A stretch of DNA of 64,000 nucleotides from Octopus sinensis (GCF_006345805.1 NC_043002.1:85126001-85190000), one strand, 5' to 3'; positions 39,636 to 52,630 are shown, numbered from the stretch's first letter. The notes: generated from the sequence alone by a model not told the origin. Translations and numbers: made by a program.

Positions 39636-40106
39636 TTTGGCAACTTCAACGTAAGATATATATCTTACCGCTACATTTGGTAACACCGTTGTAGACACAC
39701 ATCGGTCCATTATACGTACACTTTGAACGACCTATATCTATATAATAAGTTATGTCCATATTTGCATTGATTTCGGTTGACCTTCGTCATTTATTGATCA
39801 CATGCCAATCGAAATTGATTGAATTCCTTTTCAATTCAAATCACAGAGACTCTACCATTTTATGATTTTTACAGTGTCAAGCGTGTATGTATAATTTCCT
39901 GTCATTCTGAAATGTTTATTTTATTAAGTACATATTCTTACACTCAAGGCTAGCGATCATTAAATGTATACAATAACATGTCCTCTCAGCCTTTTTGTAC
40001 TCCATTATTCATACGCACTCATCCAACCATTCTAAATACATAACAGACAATTTCAATTTTTTTTGCATAAACAATGTTCTTTCACCCAATTGCACACACA
40101 TGCACC

Positions 40107-41063
40107 TGTAGGGTTAAACGACCGTACGTAAGGTGTTGGTGACAAATGTCTCCTTTAGTACGCCGCACGGTCGTTCCCCAACAAAATATAAGAGAGCCAA
40201 ATACATGGATATAAAATACAGTGCAAAAAGAATAAATGAGGACGACAAACCGTTCTACTGTTTGAGAGAGAAGGGGACTTTATTCACAATGTACAGAGAG
40301 AGTGTGTGAGTGCTAGCGAAATGTTGTGTATGAATGCGTGCGCATAGTATTTGTGTCTGTGTGAGACAGAAGGTACAGACAAAGGTATATACAACAGAAA
40401 TACAGAATACAGAGCATAAGATAAGTCTCAGCATATTGAGTTAAGATAGAGTTAGTTTACCAGTTCATGAGGTACACAATAGTAAGAGTTCTATAACAAG
40501 ATGTCGGGGGTCTCAAGGCGGAGGCGCTTGGAGCCTCAACGCCGAGCCGAGTCTCTTGATATAGATATTCTTTCAGATATACTGCAACTGTTTATCCGTG
40601 GTGAAAGATTCACACAATAGCGTGAGTTAAACTGGTCGGGTGTTGGTGTGTACATATTGTTGAAGTCGACGGAGATGGAGAACGTCCAGTTGCGGGTGTA
40701 CATTAGCGTCGTAGTAGCTGAAGCAGGAGCATGACAGGCAGGTCGTCTGTCGCTGGAACATGGCTGAGTAGTTCTGTGGTTAGGACTAGACCTTAAAAGG
40801 TCTGGAGCCGGAAAACAAAGAATAGTGAAAATGTTAGCCTATTTAAGGAGTTAAGGTGGCTCAAATGAAGCATCCTATCCGAAGGCCGTGATTGGTTAGC
40901 TTTACACAATGGCGCGAAATAAGTAGGGAGACATACCGCGCTAGATGCCAACCAATCAGAGCAGTGGACACAACAGGATCAAACTAGCCAAAGATGATTG
41001 TAATCTCAAACGAGATCGTTCTTATTGAGTCTCTCAAAGAGTGAGGGTATCAATATCGCTACA
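40107..41063 (-). mobile_element. Solo LTR, related family, inverted orientation, 957 bp
   Basis: TGTAG...CTACA termini, 4-bp TSD CACC; blocks at both ends are reverse complements of the 36542 LTR. Confidence 0.8.
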
Positions 41064-41738
41064 CACCTTACTACCTATGCCTGTTACTATTTGTTTTCAG
41101 ATCTTATCATCTTGAAGCTCTAATTCCTGACATTGCCCCAGTCGGATGTTGAAATTTAGCGACAGTCCACTCTGCTATAGTCGTTTCCCAGCTTAGCTTG
41201 ACCAGATTTCTTAACACGGCTTGCTAAATTCTCTTAGCATTTTTGATTTTTTTTTGTAAGAGCACCAAGTTCTTTTTTCTTTTTCTTTTGCGCCCTTGCT
41301 TCCAGCCATCTATCCTCTTTCTTCAACATAACCTCGCTCAGGTCACGTTGCACATAGAGAAAGTTTGTCTGGCTCAACCCAACCAACAAATCTTTTGCCG
41401 TTTGTCGTTCTTGCTTCATTCACGCCAATTGCAGATGTCCACAACACCAGACACACTTGGCTTCTGCATTTCCTTCACGGTACCTACACACAATGGACGC
41501 TTATCCCAGAAATCTTCCTACTCTACTATGGATCGAGAATAGCTTCATTTCTCCTTAACTACACCATATTCAGAAGTACATGCATATGAACTCATGTCAA
41601 TACAACCTAGCCCCACATCACACTCAAACCCACTCAAAACTGCATCGGATCCTATCCTGCACGCCCGTACACTCTACCCTACCTCATATTCTCTTTTTTG
41701 GCCTTGTTTCACATTGACCTCTATACATTTTATTCACA

Positions 41739-41900
41739 GGTGCAGGAGTGGCTGTGTGGTAAGTAGCTTGCTTACCAACCACATGGTTCCGGGTTCAGTC
41801 CCACTGCGTGGCACCTTGGGCAAGTGTCTTCTACTAGAGCCTCGGGCCGACCAAAGCCTTGTGAGTGGATTTGGTAGACGGAAACTCAAAGAAGCCCGTC

Positions 41901-41947
<47 letters not shown>

Positions 41948-42058
41948 CGTGTGTGTGTGTATGTTTGTGTGTCTGTCTTTGTCCCCCTAGCATTGCTTGA
42001 CAACCGATGCTGGTGTGTTTGCGTCGCCGTAACTTAGCGGTTCGGCAAAAGAGACCGA
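41739..42058 (+). mobile_element. SINE family A (left member of an inverted pair)
   Basis: Intact A box and B box (GGGTTCAGTCCC); tail truncated. Confidence 0.9.
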
Positions 42059-42090
42059 ATCCTTTTTTTTTGTCTCATGGAAACACAGAT

Positions 42091-42477
42091 ACTCTCTTTA
42101 CTCTTTTACTTGTTTCAGTCATTTGACCGCGGCCACGCTGGAGCACCACCTTTAATCGAGCAACTTGACCCCAGGACTTATTCTTTTGTAAGCCCAGTAC
42201 TTATTCTATCGGTCTCTTTTGCCGAACCGCTAAATAACGGGGACATAAACACACCAGCATCGGTTGTCAAGCGATGCTAGGGGGACAAACACAAACACAC
42301 ACACGCATATATATATATACATATATACGACGGGCTTCTTTGAGTTTCCGTCTACCAAATCCACTCACAAGGCTTTGGTCGACCCGAGGCTATAGTAGAA
42401 GACACTTGCCCAAGGTGCCACGCAGTGGGACTGAACCCGGAAACATGTGGCTGGTAAACAAGCTACTTACCACACAG
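42091..42477 (-). mobile_element. SINE family A (right member of an inverted pair)
   Basis: Reverse complement of the family A sequence, near-identical to 41739-42058. Confidence 0.9.
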
Positions 42478-43170
42478 TTTTCTGTATTTTAAAAATAAAA
42501 GTTTTCTGTATTTTTTTTTTGCATTCAAAGTTTCGTTACATATGTATCGAAACCATAGAAGTAATTTTTTCCCCAGGTGAGCAATTATATAACTTCAGTA
42601 TCGTTTCACTTCTAATGAGAAGCTCACTAAACACCAAGGAATGATGGGACGAATGGACGCTGAATTTTCGACCAGGAATTGAAACCACAGCCTGAATGTT
42701 TCTGTAAGCTTCTTTCTATTGTTCTCAGGATTTGCACTCGGAATTTGTATCATTTAAAATTATCTTTTATCTTTTATTTGTTTCTGTAATTACACTGCAG
42801 CTATGCTGGGGCATCGCTTTGAAGGGTTTAATTGAGTAAATTGATTCCAGGATTTATTCTAAGGGTCTGTTTTGCCGAGACGCTAAGTATCGGGAACGTA
42901 AACAAACCAACACCGGTTGTCAAGCGGTGGTGATCACACGCTCACATCTATATGATGAGCTACATTCAGTTTCCGTCCACTCATTAGGCATTGGTCGGCC
43001 TGGGGCTATAGCAAAAGACACTAATCCAAATTGTTACGCAGTGGGTGTGAACCCGAAACCAAGTGATTGGGAAGCAAGCTTCTTACCACACAGCTATGCA
43101 TGCGGCTGTCCCATTCCTCATCGTCTTCGGTCAAACTCAGTTCAACCCAGAAAACTCACTGAATTTTCAT

Positions 43171-43893
43171 TGTTATAATGACCTGATTCTAACTTTATGA
43201 TTGATAGAAATAGAGACCCCTACAGTCAAACTTTCTTTTCGCTCGGCAACTTACCAGAGGTTAATGTGTCTCTCTTACCCTCTCGGTAACTTTCAGAGAA
43301 GTAATTTCTGTCTGTCTGTCTCTCTCCTTTTCCTTCGATTCCTGGAAATCCATTATCTTTTCTTGTCAAAACGAGCGGAAAATCATCCACACTAGATGAT
43401 TCATGAGGAAACATGCCAACCTCTAGAACTTGTATTTGTCAAGGAGAGGTCAGTCCTTTGTTTAAGGTTTGACCTACATTACTGACAATAGTCTATATAA
43501 CAGAGAATTTTCTATCTCTTCCTCTTGTGTGTCAGCTATGACCAAGGAGCAACACACGTTTTACATCAGCCTTAACCAAAAGCAGCTAAGAGAAGCTTTT
43601 GGCCATAAGAAAGGCGATGCCGCCTTTATCCTTTCTTCCTTTCTAGTCAGCACCATGACTACCTTACTCTCCCCCTCTCAACTGACAGACAACTTTTTTC
43701 TGCATATCAGCTACTAACCAGCGAGTCAACCTTGTCGTCACTATCACTAGAATTGCTACTGTCTCTGTAACAACCTGTCGAGTAAACGAATGAATATATG
43801 TAAATAACATTTCTTCCTTCTTGAAGTTAATTCTTCGATGTTCACTGGTTACACCGACGCGAGAACCTCGAAGCGTCACATCTATACGCTACA
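43171..43893 (+). mobile_element. Probable solo LTR related to 38639-39635
   Basis: TG...CGCTACA termini, flanks TTCAT/TTCAG, shared internal blocks; left boundary uncertain. Confidence 0.5.
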
Positions 43894-44637
43894 TTCAGTA
43901 GTGGGTTACCTCATATCGAATTGATATTGCACAGCAAATCCAGCCTGCTACAGGGTGTTCATTTCTTTTCTGTTGCAAGTGGTAACTGTCTTTGCCGTTC
44001 TGAGAGGTCCACCGCTTATGTGGTTAACTTCGTAGTCTAGGGTCTTTGAAGTCTTGCCGGAACGCCAGTTCTACGTAGTTATTTGGTGGTCTATCACGTT
44101 ATGAGGAACGTGATGGAGTGTGTGCGAACTATCGTTTTCTAATCGCCGTTTGTCGTTATAGAGAAAATGTGGCTCAGATCACTATCAGTTAACATACAAA
44201 TTGACTGGTGGAAGATGCTCACTTAGTGAGATAAGGGAAATTTTAGTCACTTTTCAGCTACGTCTGTATATTATGGTCATATGACAGCCATGCGGGAAGG
44301 TCGTGTTAAAGGTTTAGTCAAGTTGATATGTCATATAACACATCTACTGAACTAAACCTATGATGTGACTGTTCCACTCCTTCTCGGGGTCAACAAAGAA
44401 CCACTCTTGTACTTGGATTGATTCTTCTCTTTCTGTCTTTTTACAGGAAGAAATCAGCTGTGTTCAGCCAGACACAAGGAAGGGTTACGCTGGGCCAAAA
44501 GATTGCCCCAGATACTGCTGTTGTTTTATCCTATCCGATTTTGATACCTTGTGATCAATTTAATCTTCTTACCGAAATAAAAAGACTATTAATATATTTC
44601 ATCATGATAATTTATTTTGTAAATTACTATAACAATA

Positions 44638-45002
44638 GGCGCAGGAGTGGCTGTGTGGTAAGTAGCTTGCTAACCAACCACATCTTGGCATCTTGGGCAA
44701 GTGTCTTCTGCTATAGCCCCGACCAATGCCTTGTGAGTGGATTTGGTAGACGGAAACTGAAAGAAGCCTGTCGTATATATATATGTATGTGTTTGTGTGT
44801 CTGTGTTTGTCCCCCTAACATTGCTTGACAACCGATGCTGGCTGGTATATTTACGTCCCCGTCACTTAGCGGTTCGGCAAAAGAGACCGATAGAATAAGT
44901 ACTGGGCTTACAAAGAATAAGTCCCGGGGTCGATTTGCTCGACTAAAGGCGGTGCTCCAGCATGGCCGCAGTCAAATGACTGAAACAAGTAAAAGAGTAA
45001 GA
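44638..45002 (+). mobile_element. tRNA-derived SINE family A, near-complete reference copy
   Basis: A-box TGGCTGTGTGG head, GCCTTGTGAGTGGATTTGGTAGACGG body, central (TA)n/(TG)n, tail CCAGCATGGCCGCAGTCAAATGACTGAAACAAGTAAAAGAG. Other copies (approx.): 4403-4652+, 5611-5983-, 11920-12275+, 17632-17972+, 19790-20095+, 23010-23392-, 42770-43100-, 58459-58764-. Confidence 0.9.
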
Positions 45003-46037
45003 ATATAACGTGAAGAAAATATGCAATGAAGATTCTGCCACAAAAATTTAAAATACAGAGTGGTTACCCTTTCGCTTCTTTGCTTTACATCGAGGCGGTT
45101 GACATAATACGAAGTTTATGTGCCTTCAAAGAAACTACAAAATCACAGAAGTAACCATCAGTTTGAAAGTTTCAAAACAAGTGACACGCCTATCATCAGA
45201 CATAGAGCTAGCCTATGAATAAAGACAAAAAACGAGATTAGATATATTGAACAACCCAGATGATACATCTGATACAGTTACAGCTAAATAATTATGATAA
45301 GAGAAATAGAAAAGATAATTAAAAACCTGTATTGATGCTATCAATACTAAAGTGCTAAAAATAAAAGATGTGTATGTGTTCTAATACCAGGTTATGCCTA
45401 AGCGAAATAATGTGTATGTGTGTGCGTGTGTTTTTATCAGGTCACTCTTAGTGTTACTGGTAGCATGAAACCCAATCTGTCTCTTGGTTAGGCTGTCGGT
45501 TACCTACCAAGCCTGCTTGGTAAGGAGATTGGTTTTCGTTGAACACTCTATGTGACGAATGAACGCAGTAGAGTTATTGACTAGCCAATAAATAGGAGTG
45601 ATAGACTCCTGACCACTGGGAGCGAAGGGGAGTCCTAGTTCTCGTCTGAACTGCCTTCTAGAAGGTAAACTCGTATTAAAAAAAAAAAAAAGACTTGAAA
45701 ATCAGATGGTTTTTCTGGTCGTTTCAATCTCTGTAGTGCCGCTGGTGTTATTGCTAATTGCACTGAAAAGTAGGTTCAATCTTTTGCAACGCTTTATCCA
45801 CTCAAAACAAATCCACTCAGGAACTTTTTGGACTCCCAGAATGATTTACAGATGTACAAAACAATCCTGCAGGAATAGTAGAGCAGTGAAGTACGCAGGC
45901 GTAACAAGTTGAGAACATGTAATTGCTAACCTACACGTAGGTGGCTTGGGTTTTTGTCGCTTTATCTTATGTAGTAAAGGGAGTATTCGGCACTGTTCAG
46001 CTGCTGACAGGAGGGAACTAGAAAGGTTGGTCTAAAC

Positions 46038-46391
46038 CAGTGGTTCTCAACCGGGGTCCATATGCCCACCCGCAAGGGTCCATATACGATTTTGGGGGCA
46101 CACGCAACAAAATAATAAACTGGGGATCCACAACAGTATTATAGGAGTCCCTGAAAATTTTTTGCTTTGGATGTATGTATTGGTAAGTATTGCAAGAAAG
46201 AGCTCCATTTCTTTCTCTGACATTTTACATAGTTCGACCTACGCGAGTTAATGTGTGATAAACAACATAGGAATTTTGGAAGAGGTTTCTATAAAACTAG
46301 TTTTTAAACGTCGAATGGCTATGGGGGTCCACCGGAATAAAATAATAGTCAAAGGGGTCCATAGATAAAAAAAAGTGGCTGAGAAACTCTG
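46038..46391 (+). mobile_element. hAT-like MITE; relatives at 6343-6820 (interrupted), 6827-7102 and 57388-57564
   Basis: CAGTGGTTCTCAA / CAGGGG-type TIRs; imperfect 8-bp TSDs (GTCTAAAC/ATCAAAAC; AATTAGAC/ACTTAGAT). Confidence 0.75.
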
Positions 46392-46699
46392 ATCAAAACA
46401 AGGCTTACCTCTACCAAACTGGCCGGCACTCCACGGATGGCGGTTGTTCGCTCATGTGAGCGAAATAGATATGTTCAACAAAACTCTGAGCTAAATCATG
46501 AATAAATGATATCCTCGATGAGATCAAATCTTAAGATCGCGTACTGGAATATAGTGCACTTTTAGTATTTCCAGGACCTGCTCACCCTGAACGCCGTACT
46601 GCTTATATTATATATAAGCAGTACGGCGGTGTATATATAATATAAACTGCTTATATATAATATAAACAATTATAGGGAATTGTTTCGTTATAACCTCGA

Positions 46700-49600
46700 T
46701 ATAATTGCAGACTCAGAAACGAAGCTTTCTGATGATAGGTTAGCAGAACATAGACTCCATATTTTGCAAGAAGAGGTCAGATAGTCTACGTCGAAAAGTT
46801 TGTGTTGGTTTCTCCGTAAAACACGTTTGGTATAGCATTTGACAGCGCTCCTAAGTGGGGTTTTTTTTTTAACGTGTAATTATTCTACTACTGCAACTTA
46901 ACTTGAAGCAATTTGTAGAAGTGATTAGTGTTTATGCACCAATTCTTCTCATTATGGTGATCTAAGAACAGTTCTGCAAAACGCTGATAAGAACAACAAA
47001 CTTGTATTTTTGGGAGACCAAAGCCCCGTGTAGAACGTGATTCAGAACTTTTGAATTTACTATTATGTAAATTAGCGCCAGCTGAACATGAAAAATACTG
47101 TAATTTCATACTTCCCCAAAAAACTAGTGAAATTTGTTTCCGGGAAACAGTCGAACTACTATAAAAAATATTCAGTGATAAGAGTTTCCTATTTAACACT
47201 CGATGGGAGTCTTGGAGTCTAGTTAAAAAAGATGAAGACTTTGTCACGTTTGCCGGGACCGTAAATCATATATGCGAAAAGTTTAAACTGAAGGAACTAA
47301 CTCTTGATATGTTTAAGGGCCTCATTTTTGTACAAGGGCTTACGGTAAACAAAGATGCGGAAATACGTGCAAGAATTCTCTCAAAACTTGAACAAGCGAA
47401 CCAAAGTTTAACCCAGAAGGCAGTTGCAGAGCAGTGTCAAAGAATGGTAAACTTACGTCAGGACGTACACAAAATTAAAGAGGAGTTCTCACAAGTACAA
47501 GCATGTCGACCGGGAAATTAATAAAAAAAAAAAACCTTTAAGAACAAACCCATGCTAAAGGTGTGGAGCCCTACATTCCAGGAAGGATGGTCCTTTCAAA
47601 ACACAATAATGTTAACAGCTGCCAAAAAAGTAGGACACAAGAGCTCACATTGTAGAGCAAAGTTAGAAAGGTCGAATATTAAAAAATTCTAAAGTTTTCT
47701 CAACGGAAAGTAGAAGCGACACCAAAAGAGGAAATTGGTACATGTAAATGTAGACAAAGTGAATATTAAATTACAACTAGATACTGCTAGCGATATCTCG
47801 GTTATTGATACCGACTCGTAGAAAAGAATTGAGAAACCTACGTTAAGAAGAACATAGAAAATTGCACGAGGCGTGACAGGTGAAAAACTACATTTCGTGG
47901 GCGAAATGTAGAGTGATATCACATTTCAGGGAAAAACTTGGAGAGCAAAAATTTTCGTGGTAAAAAACGCAACCAATCTGTTCGGTACGTTTTGGTTGGA
48001 GTTGTTTGAGTTATGGGACTTCCTCATAAGTCTGTTCTGTAAAAAAAATAAATGGCTGTCCCACCAGTGAAAAATAACTCAGCAGCGGAATTGAAGAAAA
48101 AATTTTAAAAAAGTTATTTCCTGAAGAGTTGTCGGATAAATTAGGTCTCTGTTCTAAGACTGAGGCCTGTTTTCAAATGAAGCAAAATGTACCTATATAC
48201 AAACCCCATAGAAAGATACCATTTGCTGCGATAAAGCAGGTAGAAGAAGAGTTAGACAGACTGAAAAAATGAGAATTATTCGAAAAGTAAATTATTCTAA
48301 GTGGGCAGCACCATCGGTGAGTATTAAAAAATAAATAACAAAATCAGGGCCTGTGCCGATTTTTCTACTGGCTTGAATGACTGTCAAAAAATGTGCCACT
48401 ATCCATTGCCTATTCCGGAGGATATTTTTGCAAAATTAAATGGTGGCAAAATATTTTCGAAACTGGATCTGTCTGATGCGTATCTACAAATTAAAGTAGA
48501 GAGGAATGCTTGAAGCTTCTAACAGTGAATACGCACAGAGGACTATACAAATATAATAGATTATCATTTGGTCTGAAAGTCGCCCCGCAATTTTTCAACA
48601 GGTTATGGATGCGATGTTGGTGGACTGTCAGTTAGCAATTCCATATCTCGATAATGTATTAATTAAAAGTGAATCACGTGATCAGTATATCAAACATGTG
48701 AAGTGTGTTTTTCAAAAGATAAAAGAGATTACGGTTTCACACTTAGTGAGGAGAAATGTTAATTCTTTTTGCCTAAAATTAAATATTTAGGACAAATTAT
48801 AGAAGAAAATGGAAGACGACCAGACCCATCGATGGCAGACGCAATTAAAAATATGTCTCACCCAACTAACATTACCCAAGCTTTTCTTGGCCTAGTGAAC
48901 TATTATCAAAATTACATACCAAACATATGAACTGAGAGCTCCACTTAATGATTTGCTAAAGAAAGACGCCAAACTGAATTGGTCAAATAACTGTCAAAAG
49001 GCGTTTTAGGATATAAAAAAATCTTAATTTTGGATTTGTCGGTGGCTCATTTGTATCCTGCAGTGGAGATTGCTATAGCTTCTGAATACGGCGTAGGAGC
49101 AGTTTTGCAACACAGATATAAAGACGGTAATATGAAGGCAGTGGTCCACGCCTCACGTGCTTTGATTGCAGCAGAGAAAAACTACAGTCAGATAGAGAAA
49201 GAAGCTCTAGCAATAGTTTATGCCGTAAAGAAATTTCACAGTGGACGTTTTCGGCTTCAGACGGACCACCAACTGTTACAATTAATTTTCGGATCGAAGA
49301 AAGGATTGTCTACCCATTCATCTACAACGCTGGGGTAAAATTTTAAGATGGAGTACATTCCTTCGAAGAATATTGGCCATGTGGATTGTTTATCTACACT
49401 AATTCCGAAGAATACGGAACAGCTAGAAGATACGGTTATAGCCGCATTACAATCAGAAAAAGGAAATTAAAGATGTTATGTGTAATGTCATTCAGGAGTT
49501 GCCAGTGACTGTACAAGATATAAAAAGTAAATCAGCGGAGTACAAATACATCATAAAAATGAAAGCAGCCTTGAAAAATAAACAGAAGAGAAACACGAAT

Positions 49601-51016
49601 GCGAACAATTTTTCACTCTGTGACGATGTATTAATGTACGCACAAAGAGTGGTAGTACTAACTGCACTACAGAATTTCAGTTCCGTGTATTGTCTGACAA
49701 TGGACCGGGGCATTGAAAACTTGGTAAAATCTTGTAGAAGGTGTGCGCTAGAAGCCAAGGCACCACCGGTGAAATACCAATTGTAGCCTGAGATGGATAG
49801 TCCGTGGTCCAGGGTACATATAAACTACGCTGGACCAGGGAAAGGCGCGTACTACTTGATCATTGTTGATAGCTTTACCAAGTGGCCGGAAGTATGTGAG
49901 TGCAGTCAACTTACATCGAAGGCAACAATAAAGTTCCTGCACGAACTTTTTACTCGAAACGGTGTTCCGGACACCATAGTATCGGAAAATAGAACAGGAT
50001 ATGAATTCAAGAAATTCTGCAAAATGCTTGCAGTCAAGCACATGTTTACCTCGACCTACCGCCCGAGGTCAAATGGGCAAGCAGAACGATTCGTAGATAC
50101 TCTCAAGCGAGCGCTTAAAAAAGCAAGAAACGAGTTAGGAAATGATGAGGCGCTAACTAAATTCTTAAGTGTGTACAGAAAAACGCCCAATCCCAAAACC
50201 AGTTCAGGCAAGTCGCCTGCAAAGCTAGTATTCACTCGAAGGATTAAATCGATCTTCGACAACTTGTTGCCAAAGGAAAAAACGTATAGAGAAAATACAA
50301 AAAAATTCAACTAAACATTTTGATGTCGGAGACAAAGTCCATTTCAAAATATACAAGAACGGTAAATAGAGTTGGCAGGATGTTGTAGTGACTAAAAGAA
50401 TTGGAAACGCGATATATTTAATAAAAGACCAACGATGGGAGCATAAACGACATTTAAATCAATTAAAGATCAGTCATACAGAAAAAAGGAAGGAAATTCC
50501 AATGGATGTGTTTTACGACATGTTCGATGTACCAGCAGCGAAAGAGATTGAGCCTAGAAGGAGCAGTAGCAGAAAAGGTAAACAGACTGAACACTTACAA
50601 ATAATTCCTAAGCGGAAAAGGTGCTGAACTCCATAGGGAAGAAAAATTTCAAAAAGGATGGCGGAGGGGGGGGGGGGCGGTGGAAAGAAAGGAAGAAAAA
50701 ATAATAAAATAGATTTTGTTTCCTACGGAACTCGAAATCTCAAAAGGGAAGATGTTGTGGCGAGTGCCACGACACCCCTGCGAGAATAGACTTAACCGAA
50801 CGACTATAAATAGTAGCGGTCTGAGTGAAAGACAGAGTAGGCGTTAATTGCAGGAAGTTGTAAGGTGTCGTTTTGGTAGTTTGTCGGAATATCATTTGTT
50901 GGCTCGTGTATAATTCGTGGAGAATTTGTTGGATTGCTACGTTGTTGCTACCCTGCATCGTTAAATGTTTTATTGTTATTATGCGGTTATAGTGTAAAAA
51001 CAGTATTGTCATAACA
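46700..51016 (+). mobile_element. Degenerate Gypsy/Ty3 LTR retrotransposon (Mag-like): gag, protease, RT, RNase H, integrase, PPT and one LTR
   Basis: gag FKGLIFVQGL..KDAEIRARIL; protease LQLDTASDISVI; RT ...LDLSDAYLQ...QQVMDAML..YLDN; RNase [17 protein letters not shown]; integrase PWSRVH..LIIVDSFTKWPE..SNGQAERFV. Many stops and frameshifts. PPT AAAAGGGAAGA precedes an LTR at 50753-51016 (TGTTG...TAACA). Confidence 0.92.
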
Positions 51017-51031
51017 ATTGGCGATACAACA

Positions 51032-51032
<1 letters not shown>

Positions 51033-51073
<41 letters not shown>

Positions 51074-51088
51074 TAATAATAATAATAA

Positions 51089-51119
<31 letters not shown>

Positions 51120-51121
51120 AA
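51033..51121. repeat. (AAT)n + (AGA)n microsatellite; matching (AAT)n at 52583-52630
   Basis: Directly visible; brackets the Dong-like LINE. Confidence 0.95.
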
Positions 51122-51125
51122 GGAA

Positions 51126-52579
51126 ATTACAAATACTTGGCGATAAAAGGAGATTGTATACAACATGCTACTATGAAGGAAAAATAAGAAAAGAATATTA
51201 CAGGAGAATAAGACTCATACAAAAAACTGATCTCAACTCTAAAATCTCATCGAAGCCATTAACACCCTGGTACTCCCCGTATTCCAATATAGTTTTAACA
51301 TCATTAACTACAATCTTACAGAGCTCCAAGGCCTGGACAGGAAGACGAGAAAAATACTAACTTGTAAGAACATGCACCACCCAAAAGCAGATGTTGGTTG
51401 TCTGTACCTAACTAGAAGTTACGGGGGAAGAGGAATGATGCAGGTAGAAGTGTCCTATAAGACCTCAACGTTAGCAATGAACAGGTACTTATCTTGTACA
51501 GAGGACTGGGCGCTGCGATTTGTGTGCAAACACAAAAGCAGCAAAAAGTCACATTCGATTGTCAAGGAAGCTTGCAAATTCGCAAGGAAACTTGACATTA
51601 ATCCTGAAATAGTTGAAGTACCTGAAACCACTGCCAGAAAACAAGCAAAATGGATCAAGCAGACTGCAAAAAAGAACGGGCAGGAACAAATTGAGGAGCA
51701 ACGGAGTCAGAAGCCTCTGCATAGACAGTATATATTTCAAAGTTGAAATGCTTATGTAGATCAATCAACAACCATCAGTGGCTGAGAAATTCAGGACTGA
51801 AAGCAGGGACTGAAGATTTTATATTGGCGGGACAAGACCAAAGCTTGCTCACAAAAAACTACCAGGCTAACGTTCTTCAAAACGGTTCTGACCCTAAATG
51901 CAGATTCTGCGAAACATTTGACGGAACAATAGATCATCTCGTCACGAGATGTCCTGTGCTGACACCAAGCGAATATAAAAATCACCACGATAAAGTAGGA
52001 CAGTATTTACATTGGAAAATATGTAAACATTACAAAATCGGCACTCCTGCTTACTGGTATGAACATCATCCTGAACCAGTTGTTGAAGGCAAAAATTTCA
52101 CTATCCTCTGAGATTTTCCAGTCAACACTGACAGAACGATTCAATTATAAAAGACAGAGAAGAAAAGACTTGTACACTAATAGATATAAGTGTTCCCACT
52201 AGAAAAAGTATATCTGTAAAAGAATTCGACAAACTAAATATAAGGACCTGGAAATTGAAATACAAAAGATATGGCATCTTAAAACGAGAACTGTTCCTGT
52301 TATTGTGGGTGCGCAAGGTATAATAAAAAATGGATGTCAGAAACATCTAGATAAGATGTCAGGAAAACTATGTCTCAGAGAAATCCAAAAGATTGTGCTG
52401 ACAAGTACTGCCCACATCCTTAGCAAAAACCCTATCCATTAAAATGTGTGTTGTACTACATGAAGATATATTTCACTACCTCCCCAAGCTTCCAGTCATA
52501 CTGTAAAACTTATATAACTCGCCCCAAGACGCTGGGTGTGTCTCGGCAAGTGTCTGTAACAAACATGCAGATTATTATT

Positions 52580-52582
<3 letters not shown>
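51126..52582 (+). mobile_element. 5'-truncated R4/Dong-like non-LTR retrotransposon (restriction-like endonuclease type)
   Basis: Starts at the RT YKYL motif; HHPKADVGCLYLTRSYGGRG; CCHC knuckle CRFC..TIDHLVTRC; WYEHHPEPVVE and the following RLE region. Flanked by (AAT)n on both sides. Confidence 0.85.

Positions 52583-52630
<48 letters not shown>

Noticed and set aside
41739-41810. tRNA genes at SINE heads
   Set aside because: A/B boxes are present but there is no full cloverleaf, and they continue into SINE bodies.
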